A stretch of DNA of 39,764 nucleotides from a virus. Taxonomy: Duplodnaviria > Caudoviricetes. The notes beneath the pieces are model-generated. The model did no database searches and was not told the origin of the DNA. It saw nothing but the letters and a program-made list of their open reading frames with translations. The DNA lies in IMG/VR virus record IMGVR_UViG_3300005805_000190, positions 1-39,764 of that record, one strand, 5' to 3'. Shown here piece after piece: positions 9,475 through 19,321 of the stretch. Both the position numbers and the translations under genes were made by a program. Within the stretch, counting starts at the first letter, position 1. Each line of letters opens with the position of its first letter.

Positions 9475-10369
9475 GTGTCTGATTGTAACTCATGGTTTCT
9501 TTGGTGACATTGCGTTTGCAAGTTCAATAGCCAAAAAGTTAAAAGAAGAAAACCAATTTGATAAAGTGGATTACCTAATAGGTTTTCCACAAATGCAAAG
9601 ATTATTGGAGAATAATCCGTACATAGATTTTGTTTACTCATCGGAGATACCATCACCAGTCCCAGTAAACAATTCAATACAGTATAACTCTTATGATAAA
9701 GTAGTAAGACTACAACAACTGTCTTTTACAGAACCACCACCGTATGAGTTCCAAAAATTTGCTGGCGTTAGAAACCCGGATACATCATATAAGATTTATA
9801 CTGAACCTAGTTATGACGAGATCGCAGAGGAATCAATACGAGAATTTTATTCCAACGGAAAAAAGACTTTGGCATTTCTAAGTAATTGGGAATCTAAATC
9901 GTATGTTTTTACAGAAGAAGAATACGTTCGAGGAATAGACGTTCCTAATCTTGGATATGGTGGAAAACACAGAGACATAAATTCTATACTCGATCAATTA
10001 AAACACCATTTTAATTTAATTGAAGTTGGAATGCCACCCGATATTTCTCAAATGCATACATCTGCGATGGAAGATACAAATCAAAAATCAATTCTATTCG
10101 AGTGTTCGGTTTTGAAATATTGTGATGCCTTCATTGGAACTGAAGGTGGAATGTGTAATCTTGCCGCAGGTATTGGAACAAAAACAATTATAACAGGTGA
10201 CTTTGTTCATCAGTTGTATGGTTGGAATGGTGTAATAAAGAAAATACAAGAACCCAAACTTGGACCTAAGTATTACTTCAAAGACGGCAACCACATAACA
10301 CTTGATCCTTACATGGATGACAACTCAATTGTAAAATTCATAATTAAAGAACTATATGAAAAAGTATAA
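9461..10369 (+). CDS. GT9 (ADP-heptose:LPS heptosyltransferase)-like glycosyltransferase
   Basis: FGD-x-x-x-x-S-x-x-x-K-x-LK, LENNPYID, CDAFIG-x-EGG-x-x-NLAA. ATG at 9461 preferred over TTG at 9446. Confidence 0.7.
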   Translation: MQNTKCLIVTHGFFGDIAFASSIAKKLKEENQFDKVDYLIGFPQMQRLLENNPYIDFVYSSEIPSPVPVNNSIQYNSYDKVVRLQQLSFTEPPPYEFQKFAGVRNPDTSYKIYTEPSYDEIAEESIREFYSNGKKTLAFLSNWESKSYVFTEEEYVRGIDVPNLGYGGKHRDINSILDQLKHHFNLIEVGMPPDISQMHTSAMEDTNQKSILFECSVLKYCDAFIGTEGGMCNLAAGIGTKTIITGDFVHQLYGWNGVIKKIQEPKLGPKYYFKDGNHITLDPYMDDNSIVKFIIKELYEKV

Positions 10370-11075
10370 CTACTTTGTGTTAGGATATAACGCAATAGAT
10401 TATTTCAACAGTTGGTTTGACTTTGAACAATTTCAAAATACAAATCTACGTTTTGTTGATAACGGCAACCAAAGCGTTCCAGATAAATTAAAAGATTATG
10501 TGATTCATCACACGGAAAAAAACGTGGGGTGTTCGGGTGGGTGGAACTTAATTTGTGATATTGGATTTAACTATTTTGGATTTGAAAAGATAATAGTAGG
10601 TCAAGAGGACGCAAGAATATCTGAAGATATATTCGAGGCACTGATGGAACATTGTAGTCCATCTTTGATTTGCGGAACATACAATAATAGTTTCGAGTTT
10701 TCAACTTACGCAATCCACAGGGATGCATTTAACAAGGTTGGTAGATTCGATGAAAACTTTATGTTCGTTGGATGTGAAGACAATGATTATAAACACAGAT
10801 GTAAATTAAATGGTGTTGAAGTTGGAACATTAGATATTCCACATCATTTCAATTGTAGTATTGCAAATAATGTTAACACGGTTCCTTCGACTGTGCTTAC
10901 TCACAACCCAACATATATTCTTAACAAATGGAACAACTATACATACACTGAACCGTTTAATGGTGTGCCCGTTCCAAAGTACACAGATTACTTTATAGAG
11001 GTTCATGGTAATATGGATATGTGGCCAAGTGAGTACGAATTTAATAGATTCAAAAATAACGTGGAGCAAAAATGA
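10356..11075 (+). CDS. Glycosyltransferase family 2-like
   Basis: FVDNG, NVG-x-SGGWN, QED, KVG-x-FDENF...EDNDY-x-x-R. Confidence 0.75.
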   Translation: MKKYNYFVLGYNAIDYFNSWFDFEQFQNTNLRFVDNGNQSVPDKLKDYVIHHTEKNVGCSGGWNLICDIGFNYFGFEKIIVGQEDARISEDIFEALMEHCSPSLICGTYNNSFEFSTYAIHRDAFNKVGRFDENFMFVGCEDNDYKHRCKLNGVEVGTLDIPHHFNCSIANNVNTVPSTVLTHNPTYILNKWNNYTYTEPFNGVPVPKYTDYFIEVHGNMDMWPSEYEFNRFKNNVEQK

Positions 11076-11731
11076 GATATGTAGATTTTATGGATACAAA
11101 AGTTTATCTACATGGTGAAGGTGACATCGCTTGTGATAACATAATCAAAGGTCAGTTTTTTGAAGAACATCTTGTTCACTTTTTCAACAAGATAATAAAA
11201 CCCGACTTTATTATACTTGAAGGTGGTGCTCACGTCGGTATGCACACTGTTAGATTTTCCAAACTAGTTCCAGACGGTCATGTTTATTCTTTCGAAGCAA
11301 GTCCTCGAAACTTTCAAATGGTAAACAAGACCATTACCGAAAATGAAATTAAGAATGTTACAGTAGTTAATAATGCACTCTACTCAGAAAACAAAACAGT
11401 TTATCTATCTTACCACCAACACCCAGACCAAGATTCAGTCAACATGAATTCTGGTGTTCCAGTTGAAGCAGTAACTATTGACAGTTTAAATCTACCGAAG
11501 ATTGACTTTATAAAATTGGATGTTGAAGGTGCCGAGTTGGAAGTATTAAAAGGCGCATCCAATGTGCTTAAATCACAAAGACCAATAATCGCATTTGAAT
11601 TTCTAAGTCATCTAGAAAATATACAATCACCAATTCCATTTTTGGTAGATAATGGATATGATGTGTATAACATAGATACCCACTGGGATTATATTGCCAT
11701 TCCAATTGAATTAGAAAATATCATGGAGTAA
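11072..11731 (+). CDS. FkbM-family SAM-dependent methyltransferase
   Basis: EGGAHVG, VYSFEA, TIDSL...IDFIKLDVEGAE-x-x-VL-x-GA...P-x-I-x-x-E. Confidence 0.9.
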   Translation: MRYVDFMDTKVYLHGEGDIACDNIIKGQFFEEHLVHFFNKIIKPDFIILEGGAHVGMHTVRFSKLVPDGHVYSFEASPRNFQMVNKTITENEIKNVTVVNNALYSENKTVYLSYHQHPDQDSVNMNSGVPVEAVTIDSLNLPKIDFIKLDVEGAELEVLKGASNVLKSQRPIIAFEFLSHLENIQSPIPFLVDNGYDVYNIDTHWDYIAIPIELENIME

Positions 11732-11734
11732 AAA

Positions 11735-12331
11735 ATGAAAAAGATTGAACTTAGTAATTCTGTTCTTGATAACTTAGATATGAAATCCCATGTAAATAAA
11801 ATTGGGTGTTATCATGAATACTTTATACTAGAAAGTGGAAAAGAACACTATCGACTTTTAAGATACCTAGCATCAAAGATAGATACTCATATTATTGAAA
11901 TTGGTACACATTGTGGAAGTTCCGCAGTTGCACTTAGTATAGATACTAATCATGAAATCATTACTTATGATATAGTTGATGTAAAGATAAAAGATCTATC
12001 GGAAATATCAAATATCAGATTCAAACTGACAGAATTCATGAACGATTTAGAAAACAAAGAATTGATACTGAATTCTAAAATGATCTTTATAGATGCGCCA
12101 CATGATGGTATATATGAGAAAAAGTGTTATGACTGGCTAGTAGAAAACAATTATAAAGGTGTAGTTGTTTGGGACGATATTAATTTGAATGATGAGATGC
12201 GGAACTTCTGGGGGACATATGTAACACCAGAAAATTCTAATTTCAAAAAGATAGACGTTACTAAATACGGACATATAACTGGAACGGGTATTACTAATTT
12301 TTCAGATGACTTGGAGATAATTTTAAAATGA
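11735..12331 (+). CDS. Class I SAM-dependent methyltransferase (Methyltransf_24-like)
   Basis: IEIGT-x-x-G-x-S, YDI, IFID-x-x-H, G-x-V-x-x-DDI. Confidence 0.8.
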   Translation: MKKIELSNSVLDNLDMKSHVNKIGCYHEYFILESGKEHYRLLRYLASKIDTHIIEIGTHCGSSAVALSIDTNHEIITYDIVDVKIKDLSEISNIRFKLTEFMNDLENKELILNSKMIFIDAPHDGIYEKKCYDWLVENNYKGVVVWDDINLNDEMRNFWGTYVTPENSNFKKIDVTKYGHITGTGITNFSDDLEIILK

Positions 12332-13293
12332 AGATAATATTTCACAGTAATCAATTGGGAGTTCGTGGTACGGAAGTTGCACTTTTTGATTACGCGTATT
12401 ATAACAGAGAACTTCTTGGGAACGAATCTATAATTGTATCTGATAAATCTGCTGACTTATCCGCATACGATAAATTTAAAAACGAATTCGAAGTTATTCT
12501 CTATGATGATTTCAGCGAGGTAACTAAGATTGTTGATGATAAAAATATAGATGCTGTTTATTATCAGAAGTCAGGACAATATGATGGTAAGATAGTACCT
12601 AATGCAAAAAACTTTGTCCATAATGTATTCCAATTTAAACAACCACACGGCAATGTTTATGCATACATATCAAAATGGTTATCAAATAAGATGGGTGGTG
12701 ATATGCCATACGTTCCTTATATGGTTGACATATTACGATTTGATCACAACATGAATTACCGAGATCATTTGGGAATACCAAAAGATGCAACTGTGTTCGG
12801 ATATTACGGAGGACCACAATCATTTAGTTTAGATTTTGCTAGAAATGCAGTCATAGATGTTGCAACGAGAAATAAAAATGTGTATTTCATATTCATGAAC
12901 TCAGAAGTTTTTTGTACGGGATTAGACAACGTAATCTTTTTGGATTCAACAACAAGTATTGAAGATAAGATTGGTTTGATAAATTCATGTGATGCCTGTA
13001 TTCATGCAAGGAATGGTGGAGAAAGTTTTGGATTAACGGTCGCAGAGTTTTCGGTTAAGAATAAACCAGTTATAACAACAGGTGTTTGTCAAGGTGATAT
13101 TTTATGTGATGCAGCTCACTTAGAACTTTTGGGTGATAAGGCAATTGTTTACAACAACTATGTTGAACTTGTCAACATTCTGAATAACTTTAAAGATATA
13201 TTTGATGTCACAAAGGATTGGAATGCTTACCGAGAATATTCACCAGAACTTGTTATGCAAAAATTTAAGAAAGTATTTCTAGATAACGTATGA
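12328..13293 (+). CDS. Glycosyltransferase, GT-B fold (GT4-like)
   Basis: RGTEVA-x-x-DYA, LGIP, FG-x-x-GG, CDA-x-x-HAR-x-x-GESFGL-x-x-AEF...KPVIT. Confidence 0.8.
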   Translation: MKIIFHSNQLGVRGTEVALFDYAYYNRELLGNESIIVSDKSADLSAYDKFKNEFEVILYDDFSEVTKIVDDKNIDAVYYQKSGQYDGKIVPNAKNFVHNVFQFKQPHGNVYAYISKWLSNKMGGDMPYVPYMVDILRFDHNMNYRDHLGIPKDATVFGYYGGPQSFSLDFARNAVIDVATRNKNVYFIFMNSEVFCTGLDNVIFLDSTTSIEDKIGLINSCDACIHARNGGESFGLTVAEFSVKNKPVITTGVCQGDILCDAAHLELLGDKAIVYNNYVELVNILNNFKDIFDVTKDWNAYREYSPELVMQKFKKVFLDNV

Positions 13294-14246
13294 GAATCTT
13301 ATACATAGCAAATAATAATCAAAACGATTTCTTATCTGATGCAGTGTTTCATGGACTTAAAAGTAATCCAGAAAATGACGTATTAGATTTAAATCCACTG
13401 TGGTATATGTATAATGATATTGATAAGTCATCTCTCGTCAATAGATTTCACGGTAGAGGATTCACTTACTATGCGTCTTTACAAGATACTAAATTAGATA
13501 GATCAGAAATACTGGATAAAATAAAGATCAAATATTTTGATAGAGTAATCTATGGGAATGTTTATAGATGTCTCGACTTGTTTGATTTAGTATCAGAAAT
13601 ATATTCACGAGATGAAATCATACTGCTCGATGGTCAAGATGAATCTACAATAAATGAATCAATGATAAACAAAGGAAAGTACTTTAAAAGAGAACTTACC
13701 GAATTAGATTCACAAAAATATCCCGAAGTTAAACCAATATCATTTGCCTTTCCTCATCAAAAATTACAGTCATCTTTCCCCACCAAAGAAAAATTACTTG
13801 CCCAAATAATTCCTGGAGTTATGCACACATTTATATACAATGATGAAGAATCATACTACAATGATTATAGAGAATCAATGTTTGCGTACACTTGGAAAAA
13901 ATCTGGATGGGATTGCTTGCGTCATTACGAGATACTTGGGAATGATTGCATACCTATTTTTCTAGATATAAAACATTGCCCTCGAACAAACTGCACTACG
14001 ATGCCTAAAGATTTACTTATTGAGTATTATGAAAAGTCGGGATTAATTCATATATTTGATTTTGATTCCCCAATTGAGTATGATGATAGATGTACTCTGA
14101 TTTTAAACAGAGATCTTTCGTCTATAAACAATTTCGAAATAAACGATGAATCATACGAACTATACCTAGAATATTTGCAGAAGATGAAAGAATATACTCA
14201 AACTAATTTGACAACATTAGAACTTGGTAAATACATACTACGATGA
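13290..14246 (+). CDS. Putative glycosyltransferase (exostosin/GT47-like C-terminus)
   Basis: DFL-x-D...HG, LDG-x-D, YFKREL, Y-x-x-S-x-F...KK-x-GWDCLRHYEI...CIP. Confidence 0.6.
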   Translation: MRILYIANNNQNDFLSDAVFHGLKSNPENDVLDLNPLWYMYNDIDKSSLVNRFHGRGFTYYASLQDTKLDRSEILDKIKIKYFDRVIYGNVYRCLDLFDLVSEIYSRDEIILLDGQDESTINESMINKGKYFKRELTELDSQKYPEVKPISFAFPHQKLQSSFPTKEKLLAQIIPGVMHTFIYNDEESYYNDYRESMFAYTWKKSGWDCLRHYEILGNDCIPIFLDIKHCPRTNCTTMPKDLLIEYYEKSGLIHIFDFDSPIEYDDRCTLILNRDLSSINNFEINDESYELYLEYLQKMKEYTQTNLTTLELGKYILR

Positions 14247-14944
14247 AAATTATTTACAGAATATCAGATGCCGGTTATAATAAAGTAAAACCGCAATACG
14301 TTAACAATGAATCTTGCTTAAAGAACGCAATAAGTATATTCGATCCAAACGAACATGATTGGTTTATTATTGCAGACAATACATCAGACGAAACCAATCA
14401 AATGATTTTGAAGTACATACCAATGCAATCCGTCATTCAGGTTAGTATCGGCAGTGGTGCAGGTACATTTAACTATGCTCTTGATATGGCATTGAAGTTT
14501 GATAAAAATGATGTTGTCTATTTCCTAGAAAATGACTATATTCATAAAACAAATTCAGATGTTATTCTACTTGAGGGAATAAATGCTGGTGGAGATTATG
14601 TCAGTCTATACGATCATCCAGACAAATACATACCATCGAGTCATGGTGGTAATCCATTTATAGAAGATGATGGTGGTGAGATAACAAAAGTTTATCTAAC
14701 CAAATCAGTGCACTGGAAGATGACTAATAGTACAACCATGACTTTTGCTTCAAAAGTAAATACTCTTATGGAAGATGAAGATATACTTAGAAAATGGACC
14801 AACATGGGAAATTACCCAAGAGATTTTGATATGTTCATTGAACTAAGAAACAAAGGAAAGGTTTTATTAACACCGATACCAGGATATTCTACACACGGAG
14901 AATCTGCCTGGTTATCACCATTAACTAATTGGGAACTCATATGA
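14243..14944 (+). CDS. GT-A-fold glycosyltransferase-like protein
   Basis: IIADN, VYFLENDY-x-H, YDHPDKY, STTMTFA, PG-x-STH-x-E. Confidence 0.65.
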   Translation: MKIIYRISDAGYNKVKPQYVNNESCLKNAISIFDPNEHDWFIIADNTSDETNQMILKYIPMQSVIQVSIGSGAGTFNYALDMALKFDKNDVVYFLENDYIHKTNSDVILLEGINAGGDYVSLYDHPDKYIPSSHGGNPFIEDDGGEITKVYLTKSVHWKMTNSTTMTFASKVNTLMEDEDILRKWTNMGNYPRDFDMFIELRNKGKVLLTPIPGYSTHGESAWLSPLTNWELI

Positions 14945-15729
14945 CTTCAGTTGTAATACCATCATACAGAAATCCAAAATGTTTAGATGTCTGTTTGAAC
15001 TCTGCTCTCGAAAATCAATCAAATGATAATGAGATTATAGTTGTCCTCGACGGATTTGCTGAAGAGTCAAATCACATTGTTGAAAAGTATCGCGATAGAG
15101 TTTCATTCATACCACTTGAAGTAAATTCAGGTATGCAGTACGCTTTAAATGTGGGAGTTTATCAATCTTCAAATGAATGGATACTTATTGTAAATGATGA
15201 TAATGTTTTTCCAAAAGATTGGGATTCCATTTTAAATCAGGATAAATCAGAACGTCTCGTTATAACTCCGAATCAAATAGAGAGATCTCCAAGTATATTT
15301 GGTTTTGTAACAAAGGACTTTGGAACGATTGATACCTTTGATTTCCAATCTTACACAGAAGAAGAACCAAATTATAGGCAGGATTCTCTCACAAATGATG
15401 GGGAGATATTTCCATTCTTTATGGAGAAGAAATACTACATGGCGTGTGGTGGATTCGATACGATATATGATTCACCATTTATCTGCGACTGGGATTTCTT
15501 TTTGAAGTTGGAGTTAATTGGTCTTCGATTCTTACGAAGTAGGAAGTTAAACTTCTATCACTTTGGTAGCATGGCAACTAAAAACGGAAATGAAAGAAAC
15601 AGATTTATTCAAAGTGAATCAGAAGCATCGGATGCATTTAAATTTAAATGGGGATTCGATCCTATACGCAATATAGATAATAGTCATTCACCTAAAACAT
15701 ATGAAGTAATGGGGATAAAATATGAGTAA
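14941..15729 (+). CDS. Glycosyltransferase family 2
   Basis: SVVIPSY, EIIVVLDG, N-x-G...ALN-x-GV, VNDD, GGFD, DWDF. ATG at 14941 overlaps the previous TGA (ATGA). Confidence 0.9.
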   Translation: MTSVVIPSYRNPKCLDVCLNSALENQSNDNEIIVVLDGFAEESNHIVEKYRDRVSFIPLEVNSGMQYALNVGVYQSSNEWILIVNDDNVFPKDWDSILNQDKSERLVITPNQIERSPSIFGFVTKDFGTIDTFDFQSYTEEEPNYRQDSLTNDGEIFPFFMEKKYYMACGGFDTIYDSPFICDWDFFLKLELIGLRFLRSRKLNFYHFGSMATKNGNERNRFIQSESEASDAFKFKWGFDPIRNIDNSHSPKTYEVMGIKYE

Positions 15730-16720
15730 TACAGTTTTGATAACAGGAGTTGCTGGTCTTCTTGGATCACGGCTTGCAGATTGGATTATAGAAAACAAAC
15801 CAGAATATGATGTTATTGGAATAGATAATTTAGAAGGTGGTTACATAGAAAATGTAAACAGTAAAGTTATATTCAAAACAATTGATTGTACTAATTCTGA
15901 CAATGTGAACAATTTGTTTCAACAATATAGACCCAAGTATGTGTTCCATTTTGCCGCATATGCCGCTGAAGGATTGTCTCCTTTTATAAGGTGTTTCAAT
16001 TATAACAACAATCTATTGGCAACTGCTAATATAGTTAACAACTGTATTAAACACGATACAGAACGTCTTGTGTTTACTTCAACCATGGCAGTTTACGGTC
16101 ATGGAAATCCCCCTTTTGATGAATCACATCAGCCTGTACCAATTGATCCATATGGTGTTGCAAAGTTTGCCTGTGAACAAGATATTCAGATTGCAGGAGA
16201 ACAACACGGATTAGATTGGTGTATTATAAGGCCACATAATGTCTATGGTATCAAACAGAATATATGGGACAAGTATAGAAATGTTCTTGGGATCTGGATG
16301 TACCAACATTTAAATGAAAAGCCAATGACTATTTACGGGGATGGAAATCAAACAAGAGCGTTTAGTTACATTGACGATTGCCTTGAACCACTTTGGAAAT
16401 CAGCTGTTGATCCAAGAGCCTCTAAGCAAATAATAAATCTTGGTGGTATGGTTGAGTACACTATAAATGAGGCAAATGAAATACTACGAGAAGTTGTTGG
16501 TGGTGGAGAAGTTGTTCATTTGGAACCGAGACACGAAGTAAAAGCGGCTCACCCAACTTGGAAAAAGTCGGTAGAACTACTAGACTACAAAGAAACAACA
16601 TCTCTAAAGGATGGTCTTAGTATCATGTGGAAGTGGGCACTGAAGCAACCAATGAGAAAACAATTCATATGGGAAAGTTACGAATTAGAAAAAGGTATCT
16701 ATTCATTTTGGAGGAAGTAA
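15722..16720 (+). CDS. NAD-dependent nucleotide-sugar epimerase/dehydratase (extended SDR)
   Basis: ITGVAGLLGS, HFAA, STMAVYG, YGVAK (YxxxK), R-x-HNVYG, GDG-x-QTR-x-F. Confidence 0.92.
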   Translation: MSNTVLITGVAGLLGSRLADWIIENKPEYDVIGIDNLEGGYIENVNSKVIFKTIDCTNSDNVNNLFQQYRPKYVFHFAAYAAEGLSPFIRCFNYNNNLLATANIVNNCIKHDTERLVFTSTMAVYGHGNPPFDESHQPVPIDPYGVAKFACEQDIQIAGEQHGLDWCIIRPHNVYGIKQNIWDKYRNVLGIWMYQHLNEKPMTIYGDGNQTRAFSYIDDCLEPLWKSAVDPRASKQIINLGGMVEYTINEANEILREVVGGGEVVHLEPRHEVKAAHPTWKKSVELLDYKETTSLKDGLSIMWKWALKQPMRKQFIWESYELEKGIYSFWRK

Positions 16721-16725
16721 TTAGT

Positions 16726-17568
16726 ATGATAAATGTTATAGGAATAGTTGGCCAAGGTTTTGTTGGCAATGCAGTTAATGCTGGAATGAGTCGTGGGTTT
16801 CCAATTAAAACCTACGATGTAATCCCTGAAAAGTCTAATGTCAGTTCCATAGAAGAACTATGTCAGACGAGTGATGTTATTTTTGTTTGCTTACCAACTC
16901 CAATGAAAAAGAGTGGAGAGTGTGACATAAGTATAGTTGACGGAGTTTTGAATCAAATAAACTCAATCGGTTCTAAAAAGATGGTGATATTAAAATCAAC
17001 AGTCCCCCCAGGAACTTGTGATTCTCTTCAAGAAAAATATGAAAACATAGACCTCATGTTTAATCCAGAATTTTTGACTGAGGCAAATGCGGTAAATGAT
17101 TTCATAAATCAAGATAGAATAGTAATTGGTGGAAGCAACAATGAGTCCCTACTTAAAGTTAGAGATATGTTCAAGCGAATGTTTGAATCTATTCCGATAA
17201 TGATAATGGATTGTAAATCAGCAGAAATGGTAAAATATATAACAAACTGTTTCCTATCAGTTAAAGTAACGTTTGCAAATCAGATATATGATGTTTGTCA
17301 ATCTGTTGGTATAGATTACTCGAACGTAATAAAAATGGCAACATTAGATAAACGTCTTGGTAATTCACACTGGATGGTTCCGGGTCCTGATGGTGATAGA
17401 GGTTATGGTGGTCATTGTTTTCCAAAAGATATGTCTGCATTTCTATACTTTGGTAAACAGAACGATACTGGTCTTTCCTTGATTGAACAATCAATAGAGT
17501 ATAATAATAAGATCCGCACTGATAGAGACTGGGAGTCAATGAAAGGAAGGGCTGTTTCTGATGAGTAA
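16726..17568 (+). CDS. UDP-glucose/GDP-mannose 6-dehydrogenase family protein lacking the C-terminal domain
   Basis: GIVGQGFVG, VCLPTP, KSTVPPG, NPEFL, AE-x-x-KY-x-x-N, GYGGHCFPKD. ATG at 16726 follows GGAGG; 280 aa. Confidence 0.9.
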   Translation: MINVIGIVGQGFVGNAVNAGMSRGFPIKTYDVIPEKSNVSSIEELCQTSDVIFVCLPTPMKKSGECDISIVDGVLNQINSIGSKKMVILKSTVPPGTCDSLQEKYENIDLMFNPEFLTEANAVNDFINQDRIVIGGSNNESLLKVRDMFKRMFESIPIMIMDCKSAEMVKYITNCFLSVKVTFANQIYDVCQSVGIDYSNVIKMATLDKRLGNSHWMVPGPDGDRGYGGHCFPKDMSAFLYFGKQNDTGLSLIEQSIEYNNKIRTDRDWESMKGRAVSDE

Positions 17569-17583
17569 TTTCAAGTTTAATAC

Positions 17584-17591
17584 ATATTTAT
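17584..17591 (+). promoter_or_regulatory. ATATTTAT motif, putative late promoter
   Basis: Intergenic, 21 nt before the ATG at 17613. Confidence 0.5.
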
Positions 17592-17612
17592 TGTATATAA
17601 TAACGTATTTTA

Positions 17613-17981
17613 ATGGAGACAAATATGCACGAAGTAGCAAGTAAACTTATCGAAGTTCATAATCAGTTAAAGTTCTTTCATTGGCAAACAACATCATATG
17701 CACGTCATCAAGCGTATGGTGGTACATATGATGCACTAACTGGTCTTATTGATAACTTTGTAGAAGTAATGATGGGTAAGTATGGTCGTGTACCAGCTCT
17801 TCCAATGAAGGTTTACAATCGTAATGAAAAAGATTGTATGACATTTATCGATGAAACTATTGCATACCTTCTACTCCTTTCAAATTCACTAAACCCAACA
17901 ACTGACTCAGATCTTCTTAATATTCGTGACGAAATGGTCGCAGAATTTAACAAACTAAAGTATCTTCTTACATTAAAGTAA
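17613..17981 (+). CDS. Ferritin/Dps-like four-helix protein (DUF5856-like)
   Basis: HWQT-x-x-YA-x-H...YD...ID-x-FVE...G-x-YGR and DL-x-NIRDE...YLL; Dps-type HW...H...D...E ferroxidase residues. Confidence 0.75.
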   Translation: METNMHEVASKLIEVHNQLKFFHWQTTSYARHQAYGGTYDALTGLIDNFVEVMMGKYGRVPALPMKVYNRNEKDCMTFIDETIAYLLLLSNSLNPTTDSDLLNIRDEMVAEFNKLKYLLTLK

Positions 17982-17989
17982 AGGTGTTT

Positions 17990-18178
17990 ATGGAAACGAC
18001 TGATAAACAAATCCAAGAGGAATCAAAAGGTCTTGGTGATACTATCGCAAAAGTAACCAATACACTTGGTATAGATAAGTTGGCAGAAGAAGTTGCTCAA
18101 GCGATGGGTAAGTCTGACTGTGGTTGTAAGAAAAGACAACAACGTTTGAACGAATTGTTCCCGTATAAAAAGGGATAA
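17990..18178 (+). CDS. Small hypothetical phage protein (GLGD...CGC-x-x-R...LN)
   Basis: SKGLGDTIAKVT...DCGCKKRQ-x-x-LN; AAGGTG before the ATG at 17990. Confidence 0.65.
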   Translation: METTDKQIQEESKGLGDTIAKVTNTLGIDKLAEEVAQAMGKSDCGCKKRQQRLNELFPYKKG

Positions 18179-18180
18179 TA

Positions 18181-19302
18181 GTGATACGATTACGTGATCT
18201 TATAAAAGAATTCTCCGTGAGCAAAGGAGATTTTACCAGATTCAGGGGCAATTGGATTCTTTCTCTTGGGATGAAAGACAGCAACACAAATAAGATGGTA
18301 AAATCACACGAAGATATTGCATCCAAACTGTGGGCAGAAGACCGTAAAAAGGGTGGGTACAAGAAACGAGAAATAGATGATTCGTCTGTAAAGAAACTGA
18401 TTGACGGTTATGTAAAAGCGGTTCTGTCAGGTGGAACAAACCACAGTACCGTTGGAGACGATATTCATATGGTATTCTATTTCAGAGATAACGATGTAAC
18501 AATTGGAATGTTTGACTTTGGTGTATTATATGATAACCCATACAAATACTTCTCACCGAACGATTTTAGATTCAGAAGCGATAGTCAATTTATATCATCT
18601 CACTACCAAAGTGAAAGAAACATAATGGATGAAGTAGTAGTTGGATGGATACGTGGTCGTGGTGGAAAAGGACAATTCGGAATAAACCCAAAGATAGTTT
18701 TTAGTTTAGACAATGTTCTAAAAATTGATGGAATTTTTGTCAATCAAAAAAGACGTGGTAAAGGATATGGTAAGTTACTATACGATGCCATAATGAAGTA
18801 TTCAGATGCATTAGTTAGTGATAGTCAATTATATGAACGTTCGTTTGGACTTTGGACAAAATACATACACGATAAATCAAAGTTCTTCGGTGTTATGTAT
18901 AGAACAGAGAAATACAGTTTTGTTTTTCCAATTCCATCGGGAGCTAAACTTACACCATCCTTTTTTGGAAGTAGTGGAGATTTAGAAACTCCAGCTGGAT
19001 TTGTATCTATTACTAAGAGAATACCTGCATCGGTAACATCATTCTCTAAAAAGATAATGTCACTTGGTGTTGGGGATTTAGATGTATTTGACGCGTCAAA
19101 TTCGAAGTTCACTAAAGCGATGGAAACTATATTAGACGAAGCCGTGTCAATAGATGAGGTAATGGAAGAATTTGGATCGTCGGAGTTGGGTCTAAAATTC
19201 GTGTTCAAGAATGCGACCAATCCAAAAGTATTATTCTGTTTTGCAGATTCACTTGTCTTTGTAAAAGAAGTTGATGATAGTTTGGAATGGGAAATTCTCT
19301 AA
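18181..19302 (+). CDS. GNAT acetyltransferase-domain protein with N-terminal MIRLRDLIKE tag
   Basis: IDGIFV-x-x-x-x-RGKGYGKLLY acetyl-CoA binding motif; AGGGA precedes the GTG start. Confidence 0.7.
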   Translation: MIRLRDLIKEFSVSKGDFTRFRGNWILSLGMKDSNTNKMVKSHEDIASKLWAEDRKKGGYKKREIDDSSVKKLIDGYVKAVLSGGTNHSTVGDDIHMVFYFRDNDVTIGMFDFGVLYDNPYKYFSPNDFRFRSDSQFISSHYQSERNIMDEVVVGWIRGRGGKGQFGINPKIVFSLDNVLKIDGIFVNQKRRGKGYGKLLYDAIMKYSDALVSDSQLYERSFGLWTKYIHDKSKFFGVMYRTEKYSFVFPIPSGAKLTPSFFGSSGDLETPAGFVSITKRIPASVTSFSKKIMSLGVGDLDVFDASNSKFTKAMETILDEAVSIDEVMEEFGSSELGLKFVFKNATNPKVLFCFADSLVFVKEVDDSLEWEIL

Positions 19303-19321
19303 TCTTATGAAGACCGATTAA

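Noticed and set aside
16627-16725. N-terminal extensions from the ORF track (16627, also 9446, 14929, 21729, 22473, 39045, 39628)
   Set aside because: Downstream ATGs have better RBS or stop-start coupling and coincide with domain starts.
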